From Sedimentisphaerales bacterium (GTDB taxonomy: Bacteria > Planctomycetota > Phycisphaerae > Sedimentisphaerales > UBA12454): a stretch of 64,000 bases of DNA. The notes below the pieces were generated by a model. It ran no database searches. It saw only the letters and a list, made by a program, of their open reading frames with translations, and was not told the DNA's origin. The stretch covers positions 9,998-73,997 of the forward strand of contig JAFGGI010000012.1 of assembly GCA_016930635.1 (NCBI GenBank), written 5' to 3'. A program made the position numbers and the translations under genes. Below, piece after piece: positions 29,422 to 38,589 of this stretch. Position 1 is the stretch's first letter. Every line of letters begins with the position of its first letter.

Positions 29422-29595
29422 ATGCCTGAACCACTTGAATACTGGCCTGAAATAGTAGATGACGAGGATGAGTTGCTCGAGCCTGGCGAAAAACGTGAAG
29501 GCCAGGACCAGCGAAAATTTTCCTTCGGATATCCAGGTCCTGATCGCAGGAGTGGCAAAGACCGCAGGAGCGGCGGAGAGGAAATACTGGATTAA
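29422..29595 (+). CDS. Possible small protein (57 aa), acidic N-terminus and Arg-rich repeat C-terminus
   Basis: Below the ORF-track cutoff. ATG at 29422 with AAGGA 10 nt upstream. A candidate promoter is TTAGGA (29378-29383), 16 nt, TATAAT (29400-29405). Translation: MPEPLEYWPEIVDDEDELLEPGEKREGQDQRKFSFGYPGPDRRSGKDRRSGGEEILD. Confidence 0.4.
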   Translation: MPEPLEYWPEIVDDEDELLEPGEKREGQDQRKFSFGYPGPDRRSGKDRRSGGEEILD

Positions 29596-29630
29596 GAGAA
29601 TATTACACCCTTACGGAGCAGCTTTAAATA

Positions 29631-30401
29631 TCAATTCCTGAATTCAGCGACGAGGAATGTATGGTCGCTGGGCTTTTCGAGCATTCGCGGTTTTATGTCT
29701 ATCCAGCAGTTTGTGCATTTTTTTGCCATTGGTTCTGTGCCCATTATATGGTCGATCCGCCAGCCGAGATTTCTTTTAAAACCATTAGGCTGACGATAAT
29801 CCCAGAACGTAAACCTGCCGCCCGATGTATCATGCAGCCGGAAGAGGTCGACAAATCCCCAATCAATAAACTTCTGCAGTAAAGCTGTAACTTCCGGATT
29901 AAAACAGACATGCCCTGCCAGAGCGGCAGGATCATGGACATCCTTTGAGTCTGGAGCGATATTAAAATCGCCCATCCATAGTATCTTATCTGTCGGCTTG
30001 AAGTTATTTTTGAAGTACTTGAGCAATCTTTTGAGCCAGTCGAGTTTGTATTGATATTGTTCTGAATCAATTTCTCTGCCCTGTGGAATATAGGTATTAA
30101 TGATGGTGAAACCTGCTGTTTTCGCCTTTATCATCCTTGCCTCATCTTTGGGCTCACTGTCAAGGCCGAACTCGACAGCAGTGATTTTTTCCCTGCTGAA
30201 CACTGCCACACCGTTATAACTCTTTTGACCTTTGAATACAAACTCATAACCTGTCTGGGCGAAGGTATCGACTGGGAAATCCTTGTCCTGGGCCTTGGTC
30301 TCCTGTACGCAGAGGACGTCGGGTTTATTTTCTGCCAGCCAGTCGATAATTATTTGTATCCGCGTGCGTATAGAATTGGCATTGAAAGTGGCCGTCTTCA
30401 T
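29631..30401 (-). CDS. xth: Exodeoxyribonuclease III
   Basis: MKTATFNANSIRTR, VLCVQETK, GDFNIAP, WDYR and RIDHI blocks of the ExoIII/AP-endonuclease family. Confidence 0.9.
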   Translation of the reverse strand: MKTATFNANSIRTRIQIIIDWLAENKPDVLCVQETKAQDKDFPVDTFAQTGYEFVFKGQKSYNGVAVFSREKITAVEFGLDSEPKDEARMIKAKTAGFTIINTYIPQGREIDSEQYQYKLDWLKRLLKYFKNNFKPTDKILWMGDFNIAPDSKDVHDPAALAGHVCFNPEVTALLQKFIDWGFVDLFRLHDTSGGRFTFWDYRQPNGFKRNLGWRIDHIMGTEPMAKKCTNCWIDIKPRMLEKPSDHTFLVAEFRN

Positions 30402-30519
30402 CCCGTTAGACCTTTTTCACATAAAAAAACGAGTATCGAAATGTACCTGATTTTTTCATATTTGAAACCTGCGCACAAATCAACAGAAGTCTGACGGGAT
30501 TCATCTAAAGACCTCATTT

Positions 30520-32865
30520 TTAGAGAGTTTCCTCGATGGGCTTTGAGCCGTTATCGGCGGGGATATCCTTCAATGAGAGCTTATGCAGTTCTTCGTCGAG
30601 AGCATCCTTTTCGGTCTTTGGGATAATGGTTTTCTGCGTAGCTGTAAAACTTTCGACAACATTAAGCAGCGCCAGCAAAAAGCTTACCATACTCTCGGCG
30701 CCCTGGTTGATATTTACCCCTCCGACACCGAGCCCGTCACAGCAGCCTTTGGTTTGAAAATCATATACCGGAACATGCAGGTCATTTTCGCCCAGGAACC
30801 AGTCGAAAGCCTTTCTCTGCAGCTTGAGATATTCCGGATTCATAGTTGCCTCATAGGCGTTCCTCAGCATTATTACCGTACTTGCCGCTTCAATCGGCTG
30901 CTGGTCGAATTTTGCTTTGGATTTGCCTTTAGGATACCAGCCGTTGGAACCTATGAAACTGAAATGCCTGCCGTTGTAGGTGTTTTCAAGCAGAAAATCA
31001 CAGGTTTTTTCCGCAACTTTAAGATATTTCTTTTCGCCCAGTGTCAAAGAAGCAACGAAAAGCGCCGCAGGCAGGATGGCATTGTCGTAAGCAATGATTT
31101 CTTCGAACCATTCCCAGTCCCGGGAGGAATTTTTCTTATAAAGCTCAATGAGATAATCCGCAGCTACTGCCAGCAGTCTCTTTATTTCATTTGCGCCCGG
31201 GAATTGCTGTAGATAATCGGCAAGCCCGAGTATCGAATAGGCCATACCTCTTACCGAAAGGGACGGAATATGTTTTGCCGCATCATCAAAGAAGTGCTTG
31301 ATAACTGAAAGGTAAAGAGGGGCAGGCGGAGTTGCGATTACGTTGCCAATCGCCCACAGGCTTCTGCCGAGGGCATCGTGGGCAGGTTCGCTTTCCCACC
31401 AGTTTCTGTTATAATTCATGAAATTATGGATTGTGCCGTCCGGCTTAATAGCGTGGCAGGTAAATGACAAGTACGTTTCAAACAGTTTTAGCGCCTCAGG
31501 CTCAGAATACTGCTTGTAATATTTTGTCATAACCAGCAGTGCTCTTGCATTATCATCGGTGCAGTAGCCATTGATCCGTTCCGGTATAGTAAACTTAGCA
31601 TGCTGAATAATTCCTGTATCATCGGTAAGCCGTTTTAAATGGTCGAGCGGCGGTTCAGGCAGTTCGAGCAGTGTTGATGAAGGTATTGCATGAGTTGCTG
31701 TCAGGGAAAGTGATATAAAACTTCTTGCTTTTGAAAACAGCTTCCAGTAAGGCTCACCCAGCCGCGGCCAGGTTCGCGTCCTGCCATAGTCATAGGCCTT
31801 TCGCCGCATGGAGTGAAAAAGCGACTCATCATTGAGTACTTCTATAACGGCTTTAGCCAGACTTTTGGAATCACCGAAAGGTACCAGTTTGCCTCTGCCT
31901 TCGTCTAAAAGCTCCTGTGCTGCCCAATAAGGTGTTGATACTACGGCCTTTCCTGCACCTACCGCAAAAGCCAGGGTTCCGCTTGTAAGCTGTTCGGGCT
32001 GGAGATAAGGTGTTATATATAAATCAGTTGCGCACAGAAAATCATGCAGCTCTGAGTCGCTGACGAATCTGTTATAGAAGATTACGTTATTTTCAATGCC
32101 CAGTTCCTTGACCATTCGCTGCAGACTGAATCGGTAGGATTCACCTTCAAATTTTACCAATTCGGGATGTGTAACACCGAGAATAACATATATTGCACGA
32201 GGCTCCGCCTTGATTATTTCAGGCATTGCACTTAGCATTATTTCAAGACCTTTACCTCTGCCGATAAGACCGAAACTCAGAATGGTCTTTCGACCATCAA
32301 ATTCGAATTTATGTTTATAATAACTGCTGTCAACGAAGGGCAGATCGGGCAGGCCGTGAGGTATAAGCTCTATTTTTTCTACGGGCACATTATAAATTTC
32401 GTTAAGCATTTTTATGCCCCGGCCGTTCATCACTACAAGCCTGTCGGATAAATTACAGAGCTGGACCATAGACTTGTAATAATCCGGCTTGGGTTCGTTT
32501 ATGATCGTATGAAGTGTGGTAATTACAGGCGCATTTACATTATCTAAAAACAGCGACAGATAGCTCCCGGCCGGTCCGCCGAACAGACCGAATTCGTGCT
32601 GAACACTAACCGCGTGAATGTTGCTGAAGTTCAGATATTCTGCTGCGCATATATAATCATTTTTGACGTTGGGGCGAATCTCGAATTCGACCGGTTCTCG
32701 GTAATCATATTGGCCGTTGGACATTGCCACTACGAGCGGAGAAAATTCACTGCCTGCATACGCTTTTACGCTGTTGATCAGGTCATTAGTGAAAGTCGCG
32801 ATACCGCATTTTCTTGGCAAAAATGAAGATATAAGAGCTATTTTTTTGGGCAAGCTCTTTGTCAT
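30520..32865 (-). CDS. Fusion of a GT4-type glycosyltransferase with a C-terminal (alpha/alpha)-barrel-like domain
   Basis: 781 aa. The N-terminal ~390 aa has the GT-B/GT4 pattern (KIALISSFLPRKCGIATF ... TPYLQPEQLTSGTLAFAVGAGKAVVSTP). The C-terminal ~390 aa is helical-repeat rich (GYCTDDNARAL, DALGRSLWAIG, AYDNAILPAAL, DQQPIEAAS, NQGAES). Confidence 0.65.
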   Translation of the reverse strand: MTKSLPKKIALISSFLPRKCGIATFTNDLINSVKAYAGSEFSPLVVAMSNGQYDYREPVEFEIRPNVKNDYICAAEYLNFSNIHAVSVQHEFGLFGGPAGSYLSLFLDNVNAPVITTLHTIINEPKPDYYKSMVQLCNLSDRLVVMNGRGIKMLNEIYNVPVEKIELIPHGLPDLPFVDSSYYKHKFEFDGRKTILSFGLIGRGKGLEIMLSAMPEIIKAEPRAIYVILGVTHPELVKFEGESYRFSLQRMVKELGIENNVIFYNRFVSDSELHDFLCATDLYITPYLQPEQLTSGTLAFAVGAGKAVVSTPYWAAQELLDEGRGKLVPFGDSKSLAKAVIEVLNDESLFHSMRRKAYDYGRTRTWPRLGEPYWKLFSKARSFISLSLTATHAIPSSTLLELPEPPLDHLKRLTDDTGIIQHAKFTIPERINGYCTDDNARALLVMTKYYKQYSEPEALKLFETYLSFTCHAIKPDGTIHNFMNYNRNWWESEPAHDALGRSLWAIGNVIATPPAPLYLSVIKHFFDDAAKHIPSLSVRGMAYSILGLADYLQQFPGANEIKRLLAVAADYLIELYKKNSSRDWEWFEEIIAYDNAILPAALFVASLTLGEKKYLKVAEKTCDFLLENTYNGRHFSFIGSNGWYPKGKSKAKFDQQPIEAASTVIMLRNAYEATMNPEYLKLQRKAFDWFLGENDLHVPVYDFQTKGCCDGLGVGGVNINQGAESMVSFLLALLNVVESFTATQKTIIPKTEKDALDEELHKLSLKDIPADNGSKPIEETL

Positions 32866-33038
32866 TATTCACTCCCTCTGGCCTAAACAATAAAATCGTT
32901 TTATATAAGTCGGCCCTCCTGAATTATTGTAGATTGGCCCTGGGCTTCTGTCAAGTACTAAAAACTCTTGCATATACATAAAAAAGAGTCCAAAAATCTA
33001 TTATTTTTGTTAATTTTCTGCATTTTTTACGCACAGTA

Positions 33039-33067
33039 TTGACAATGGTTCGTATAATTTATAAAAT
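33039..33067 (+). promoter_or_regulatory. Sigma-70-like promoter of the Rrf2-cys-nif operon
   Basis: TTGACA (33039-33044), a 17-nt spacer, then TAAAAT (33062-33067). An internal TATAAT at 33053-33058 is too close to the -35 element. Confidence 0.4.
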
Positions 33068-33101
33068 TACTACTAAAACCATAGGAATATAGGAGAAATT
33101 T

Positions 33102-33539
33102 ATGAAAATTTCGACAAGAACAAGATATGGGATGCGGGCAATTCTCGAATTGGCGATGGCTCATAAATCAGAGCCTTTGCAGATTAAGGTGATCGCCGAG
33201 AGGCAGAAGATATCTAATAAATATCTTGAGCAGCTTGTTGCCATAATGAAATCAGCGGGGCTTGTACGCAGTATTAGAGGCCCTCATGGCGGGTATTTGT
33301 TGGCAAAGGAGCCCAAAGATATAAAGTTAAGTGAGGTCTTTACTATTCTTGAAGGCCCTGTACTTACCGTCGAGTGTGTTGACCATAAGGAGATCTGTCT
33401 CAGTTGTGCCGACTGTATAACAAGGCAACTATGGATGCAGATGAATGATGCAATACTGGAAGTGCTTGACAGAGAAACGCTGCAGGACCTTGTAGATATG
33501 GCTCACAAAAGTAATAACAGTGTAAGTTATCAGATATAA
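33102..33539 (+). CDS. Rrf2-family transcriptional regulator (IscR/CymR-like, Cys-rich)
   Basis: MKISTRTRYGMRAILELA is a winged-helix N-terminus. A Cys cluster (ECVDHKEICLSCADC) sits at the position of the Fe-S ligands. Confidence 0.85.
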   Translation: MKISTRTRYGMRAILELAMAHKSEPLQIKVIAERQKISNKYLEQLVAIMKSAGLVRSIRGPHGGYLLAKEPKDIKLSEVFTILEGPVLTVECVDHKEICLSCADCITRQLWMQMNDAILEVLDRETLQDLVDMAHKSNNSVSYQI

Positions 33540-33557
33540 AGTTAAACGGAGATTATT

Positions 33558-34478
33558 ATGGCGCAGATTTATAATAATCTGACTGAGACTATTGGTAATA
33601 CACCATTAGTAAGAATTAATTCACTCGCTCCTTCTGATGTGCAGGTGCTTGGCAAGGTAGAGTTTTTTAATCCCTGTGCCAGTATAAAAGACAGAATAGC
33701 ACTTGCGATGATCAAGGCAGCCGAAAAGCAGGGCGGTATCAACGATAATACGGTATTTGTTGAGCCGACAAGCGGAAATACCGGTATAGGACTGGCTTTT
33801 GTCTGTGCGGTAAAGGGATATAAACTTAAGCTTGTAATGCCCGAGTCGATGAGTATCGAAAGGCGGAAAATTCTTCAAATTCTTGGGGCAGAACTTGTAC
33901 TTACCCCTGCCGCTGATGGTATGAAAGGAGCTGTTAACGAAGCTGAAAGGATTGTCGCTGAGAACAAAAACGCAGTTATACTGCAGCAGTTTGAAAATAT
34001 CGCTAATCCCCGGATACATCGCGAAACTACCGCAGAAGAGATTTGGCAGGATACCGACGGGGCCGTGGATATATTTGTTGCCGGAATTGGTACAGGCGGT
34101 ACAATTACCGGTTGCGGCCAGGTTCTTAAAAAGCATAAGCCTTCTGTAAAGGTCGTTGCGGTTGAGCCTGCCGATTCGCCTGTACTTTCAGGCGGAGTTC
34201 CGGGCCCGCACAAAATTCAGGGCATAGGTGCAGGCTTTGTTCCGCAGGTGCTCGATACGAAAGTTTATGACGAGATCATCTGTGTTAAAAATGACGATGC
34301 GATGGAAACTGCTCGCCGGCTTGCCGCTAAGGAAGGTATTCTCGCGGGTATAAGTTCCGGTGCGAATGTTTTTGCCGCATTACAGCTTGCAAATAGAAAA
34401 GAGAATAAAGGAAAGACCATCGTAACGATTATCTGTGATACAGGTGAAAGATATATCTCGACCGAACTGTTTCAGTAA
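33558..34478 (+). CDS. cysK: Cysteine synthase A (O-acetylserine sulfhydrylase)
   Basis: PLP lysine block [11 protein letters not shown], plus SGNTGIGLA and [10 protein letters not shown]. Confidence 0.95.
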   Translation: MAQIYNNLTETIGNTPLVRINSLAPSDVQVLGKVEFFNPCASIKDRIALAMIKAAEKQGGINDNTVFVEPTSGNTGIGLAFVCAVKGYKLKLVMPESMSIERRKILQILGAELVLTPAADGMKGAVNEAERIVAENKNAVILQQFENIANPRIHRETTAEEIWQDTDGAVDIFVAGIGTGGTITGCGQVLKKHKPSVKVVAVEPADSPVLSGGVPGPHKIQGIGAGFVPQVLDTKVYDEIICVKNDDAMETARRLAAKEGILAGISSGANVFAALQLANRKENKGKTIVTIICDTGERYISTELFQ

Positions 34479-34494
34479 GAGATCAGGCATATGG

Positions 34495-34573
34495 ATCCCG
34501 TTAGAAATTTGCTATCAACGGGATATAGGTTAAAGACTTGAAACTAAATGCTGAAAAAGGATTTCTAACGGGA
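34495..34573 (+). promoter_or_regulatory. Alternative-pairing RNA element in the cysK-cysE spacer that reaches the cysE start codon
   Basis: TCCCGTTAGAAAT (34496-34508) is perfectly complementary to ATTTCTAACGGGA (34561-34573; the cysE ATG is 34573-34575). The same 5' segment can instead form an 8-bp local hairpin, ATCCCGTT (34495-34502) with AACGGGAT (34517-34524). Confidence 0.4.
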
Positions 34574-35481
34574 TGGACCAGAAAAAAATAGATAATATTG
34601 TAAAAGCGCTGCTCGATACCTATCAGGCTGATTCGGGCATAAACTTTATAGATACGAAAAATCTGCCTTTGCGTGACCGGATACTGGAGATTCTCGATTT
34701 ACTTATGGAGGTAGTTTTCCCGGGTTATAAAGGAACAAAGGAAGTTACCAGCTCGAACGTCAGTTTTATTATAGGCGATATTTTATGCAGGGTTTATGAC
34801 CAGCTTGCCGAGCAGATAGAAAGGGCACTTATTCATCTGTGCAGGATGAAAGATTGTGACAGTTGCGGTTGTCATGATATGGCCCATCGGGTTGCAGAGT
34901 ATCTTTTGACACAGTTGCCGGCCATCAGAAAGATACTCAAGACCGATATACAGGCGGCCTTTGACGGTGACCCAGCCGCTTCGAGTTTTGAAGAAATCGT
35001 TCTAAGTTATCCGGGCCTGAGGGCGATTGCTACACACAGGATTGCCCACGAACTTTATTTGAAGGATATTCCGCTGATACCGCGGATTATGAGCGAGCGA
35101 GCCCATCATGAAACCGGTATTGATATTCATCCCGGTGCCAGGATTGGTGAAAGATTTTTTATCGACCACGGCACAGGTATAGTTATAGGTGAGACTGCAA
35201 TTATAGGAAAGAATGTAAAGATATATCAGGGTGTAACTCTTGGTGCACTTGCACCGGCGGCAGGGCAGAGCCTGCGGGGTGTTAAGAGACATCCGACTAT
35301 TGAAGATGATGTTACTATTTATGCTGCTGCTACAATTTTAGGCAATGTGACTATCGGCAAAGGTGCGACAATCAGCGGAAATGTCTGGATAAAAGAATCA
35401 ATCCCGCCGGGCGTTACTGTTTCAATGACAAGTCCTGAACTTCTTTACAGTCAGCATAACAAAAAGGATAAGACTAAATGA
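34573..35481 (+). CDS. cysE: Serine O-acetyltransferase (long form)
   Basis: Helical N-terminal SATase domain plus hexapeptide repeats GARIGERFFIDHGTGIVIGETAIIGKNVKIYQGVTLG. Confidence 0.9.
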   Translation: MDQKKIDNIVKALLDTYQADSGINFIDTKNLPLRDRILEILDLLMEVVFPGYKGTKEVTSSNVSFIIGDILCRVYDQLAEQIERALIHLCRMKDCDSCGCHDMAHRVAEYLLTQLPAIRKILKTDIQAAFDGDPAASSFEEIVLSYPGLRAIATHRIAHELYLKDIPLIPRIMSERAHHETGIDIHPGARIGERFFIDHGTGIVIGETAIIGKNVKIYQGVTLGALAPAAGQSLRGVKRHPTIEDDVTIYAAATILGNVTIGKGATISGNVWIKESIPPGVTVSMTSPELLYSQHNKKDKTK

Positions 35482-36395
35482 CACAGGCTATCATCGAAAA
35501 GATAAATAAACTGAAGAAAGAAAGAAACGCCTGTCTGCTTGCCCATAATTATCAGCCGGGAGAGATTCAGGATATTGCTGACTTTACCGGTGATTCGCTT
35601 GAATTGAGCAGGAAAGCGTCAAGCTGTGATGCTGATATAATTGTTTTCTGCGGTGTTTTATTTATGGCAGAGACTGCTTCGATACTTTCTCCGCAAAAAA
35701 CAGTGCTGCTGCCGGACAAAGATGCGGGCTGTCCGATGGCAGATATGATTACTGCGGCTCAACTTGCTGAATTGAAGCAGAAATATCCGGATGCTGTTGT
35801 CGTTTGTTATGTTAACAGTCCTGCCGAGGTAAAAGCGATAAGCGATTATTGCTGTACAAGCTCAAATGCTGTTGATGTGGTAAATTCAATAGATGCGGAC
35901 AGGCAGATACTCTTTGTGCCGGACAAAAATCTGGGCCAGTTTACAAAAGAAAAGACAGGCAGGGATATTGTTCTTTGGCCTGGTTACTGTCCTACTCATA
36001 TTTTCGCAACGGCTGAAGATGTAAAAAAAATCCGGACTGAGCATCCGGATGCGGTTACTCTTGCTCATCCTGAGTGTCCCGGACCTGTCAGGGCTTGTGC
36101 TGATGAACATTTAAGTACCGGCCAGATGTTGAAATTTGTCAAAAACAGCGACAAAACCGAATTTATTATCGCAACAGAAATCGGGATTATTCATACATTG
36201 AAAAAAGAAAATCCTGAAAAGACATTTTACCCAGCCTCAGAAAAGTTTATTTGTCCTAATATGAAAAAAATAACGCTCGAAAAAGTATTGTTTGCTTTAG
36301 AAGATAATAAGTATGTCATCAAAGTGCCTGATGACGTTGCTGCCAGGGCGAGAAAGGCACTTGACAGAATGGTAGCAATATTACCGAAGGGATAA
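35478..36395 (+). CDS. nadA: Quinolinate synthase
   Basis: [29 protein letters not shown] and a threefold repeat architecture. The ATGA start overlaps the cysE stop. Confidence 0.9.
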   Translation: MTQAIIEKINKLKKERNACLLAHNYQPGEIQDIADFTGDSLELSRKASSCDADIIVFCGVLFMAETASILSPQKTVLLPDKDAGCPMADMITAAQLAELKQKYPDAVVVCYVNSPAEVKAISDYCCTSSNAVDVVNSIDADRQILFVPDKNLGQFTKEKTGRDIVLWPGYCPTHIFATAEDVKKIRTEHPDAVTLAHPECPGPVRACADEHLSTGQMLKFVKNSDKTEFIIATEIGIIHTLKKENPEKTFYPASEKFICPNMKKITLEKVLFALEDNKYVIKVPDDVAARARKALDRMVAILPKG

Positions 36396-36397
36396 GA

Positions 36398-37684
36398 ATG
36401 GAAGAAAAGAACTATCGTATTGAAACAAAGGCTCTGCACGCAGGTCAGGAAGTTGACCCGACTACGCAGAGCAGGGCAGTACCGATTTATCAGACAACCA
36501 GTTATCTGTTTAAGGACACTGACCACGCTGCAAATCTTTTTGCGCTTAAGGAATTCGGCAATATTTATACCCGCCTGATGAATCCTACTACCGATGTTCT
36601 TGAAAAAAGGCTTGCTGCGATGGAAGGCGGTGTTGGTGGTCTGTGTTTCAGCTCAGGCCAGTCGGCGATATATACGAGCGTTTTCAATATCTGCGGCACT
36701 GGCGGACATATTGTTGCTTCCAGTTCACTTTACGGCGGGACGGTTACACTCTTTAGCCAGACATTCAAAAAACTCGGTATAGATGTCACCTTTGTTGATC
36801 CTACCGAGCCGGGGAATTTTGCCAGGGAGATAAAGGAAAATACAAGATTGGTCTATATTGAGACTATCGGTAATCCGAAAAATGACATTCTTGATTATGA
36901 AAAAATCGCCCAGATAGCTCATGATAATGGTATGCCTGTGATATGCGACAATACCGTTGCGACACCGATACTGTTTCGTCCTATAGAGCACGGTATCGAT
37001 ATTGTTGTCCATAGCTGTACAAAGTTTATCGGCGGCCATGGCACAAGTATCGGCGGGGCGATTATAGATTCCGGAAATTTCGACTGGACTAACGGCAGGT
37101 ATCCTGAATTGACTGAACCTGACCCGAGTTATCACGGCGTAAAATATGTCGAAGCCGTGGGCCCGTTGGCATATATCATAAAAGCCAGGACACAGTTCCT
37201 GCGTGATATGGGCTCCTGTATGTCGCCTTTTAATGCGTTTTTGTTCCTGCAGGGCACCGAGACACTTCATTTGAGAATGCAGCGGCATAGTGAAAACGCA
37301 CTTACTCTTGCAAAGTGGCTCGAAAAACATAATGCGGTCAGTTGGGTAAACTATCCGGGCCTGAAATCTCATCCGGATTATAAACTTACCCAAAAGTATC
37401 TGCCTGACGGACAGGGGTCGATACTTGGTTTCGGGATTAAAGGCGGCAGTAAAGCAGGCATTAAATTTATCAATTCTGTTGAACTTGCCAGTCATCTTGC
37501 TAATATCGGAGACAGTAAGACGCTTGTGATCCATCCTGCAAGCACGACTCATCAGCAGTTGACCGAAGCCGAGCAGCTTGCAGCAGGCGTAACGAATGAT
37601 TACATTCGTGTTTCTGTCGGAACGGAGCATATTGATGATATAATTGATGACTTTGATAACGCATTGAAAAAGGCTCAAAGTTAA
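36398..37684 (+). CDS. metY: O-acetylhomoserine (thiol)-lyase / sulfhydrylase
   Basis: Cys/Met-metabolism PLP family: [23 protein letters not shown] (PLP Lys) and HPASTTH. Confidence 0.9.
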   Translation: MEEKNYRIETKALHAGQEVDPTTQSRAVPIYQTTSYLFKDTDHAANLFALKEFGNIYTRLMNPTTDVLEKRLAAMEGGVGGLCFSSGQSAIYTSVFNICGTGGHIVASSSLYGGTVTLFSQTFKKLGIDVTFVDPTEPGNFAREIKENTRLVYIETIGNPKNDILDYEKIAQIAHDNGMPVICDNTVATPILFRPIEHGIDIVVHSCTKFIGGHGTSIGGAIIDSGNFDWTNGRYPELTEPDPSYHGVKYVEAVGPLAYIIKARTQFLRDMGSCMSPFNAFLFLQGTETLHLRMQRHSENALTLAKWLEKHNAVSWVNYPGLKSHPDYKLTQKYLPDGQGSILGFGIKGGSKAGIKFINSVELASHLANIGDSKTLVIHPASTTHQQLTEAEQLAAGVTNDYIRVSVGTEHIDDIIDDFDNALKKAQS

Positions 37685-37695
37685 GGACTAAAAAT

Positions 37696-38589
37696 ATGTG
37701 GGACTATACCGAAGAAGTTATGGACCATTTTCTTAATCCGAAAAATGTCGGGGAAATTGAAAACCCTGACGGTGTAGGAGAAGAAGGTTCTCTTGCCTGC
37801 GGCGATGCGCTTAAGCTGACTTTTAAACTTGGTGAAGACGGCAAAATTGCTGATGCTAAATTTAAAACATTCGGCTGCGCAAGCGCTATTGCCTCAGCTT
37901 CGATGATGACCGAGATGATAAAGGGGCTTACTATTGAAGAAGCTGAAAAAGTCAGTAATAAAGATATTGCTGAAAAGCTTGGCGGTCTGCCGGAGCAGAA
38001 AATGCACTGTTCGGTGATGGGCGCCGAGGCCCTTGCTGCTGCGATTGAAAATTATCGCTCAGGCAAAGGTAAGCAATCAAAAAAAATTGAAGGCAAAATA
38101 GTTTGTACCTGCTTCGGTGTAACGGACAGGGAAATCGAGAAGGTGATACTCGAGAACGATATTGATACTGTCGAGGGAGTTACTAATTATTGTAAAGCAG
38201 GCGGCGGCTGCGGTTCCTGTCATGGCGAAATTGGGAAAATTATCGAAAGACTTCGTGGTAAAAAAGTAAAAAAGCCTGAAGTTAAGCCTAAACCCAAGAA
38301 AATTACTAATCTTCAGAAGATACAGCTTGTCCAGCGGACAATCAATGAGCAGGTCAGGCCTTTATTGAAATCTCATGGCGGAGATATTGACCTTGTCGAT
38401 GTTGACGGCAATAAGGTCATTGTTGCCTTTCGCGGGATGTGTTCGCAGTGCAGAACTGCTGAGTTTACCCTGAAAGAAGTGGTCGAGGCAAAATTGAAGG
38501 AATTTGTCAGCGATGATATTATAGTCGAAGATGAGAAGAAGAATGTTGATGAATCTCATATACATAAAGATATCCAGGGGGTCCAGTGA
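37696..38589 (+). CDS. nifU: NifU-type Fe-S scaffold (IscU-like N-domain, BFD-like [2Fe-2S] middle, NifU C-domain)
   Basis: GSLACGDALKL, FKTFGCASAIASAS and KMHCSVMG. Then CTCFGVTD...CKAGGGCGSC. Then GMCSQC in the C-terminal domain. Confidence 0.9.
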   Translation: MWDYTEEVMDHFLNPKNVGEIENPDGVGEEGSLACGDALKLTFKLGEDGKIADAKFKTFGCASAIASASMMTEMIKGLTIEEAEKVSNKDIAEKLGGLPEQKMHCSVMGAEALAAAIENYRSGKGKQSKKIEGKIVCTCFGVTDREIEKVILENDIDTVEGVTNYCKAGGGCGSCHGEIGKIIERLRGKKVKKPEVKPKPKKITNLQKIQLVQRTINEQVRPLLKSHGGDIDLVDVDGNKVIVAFRGMCSQCRTAEFTLKEVVEAKLKEFVSDDIIVEDEKKNVDESHIHKDIQGVQ

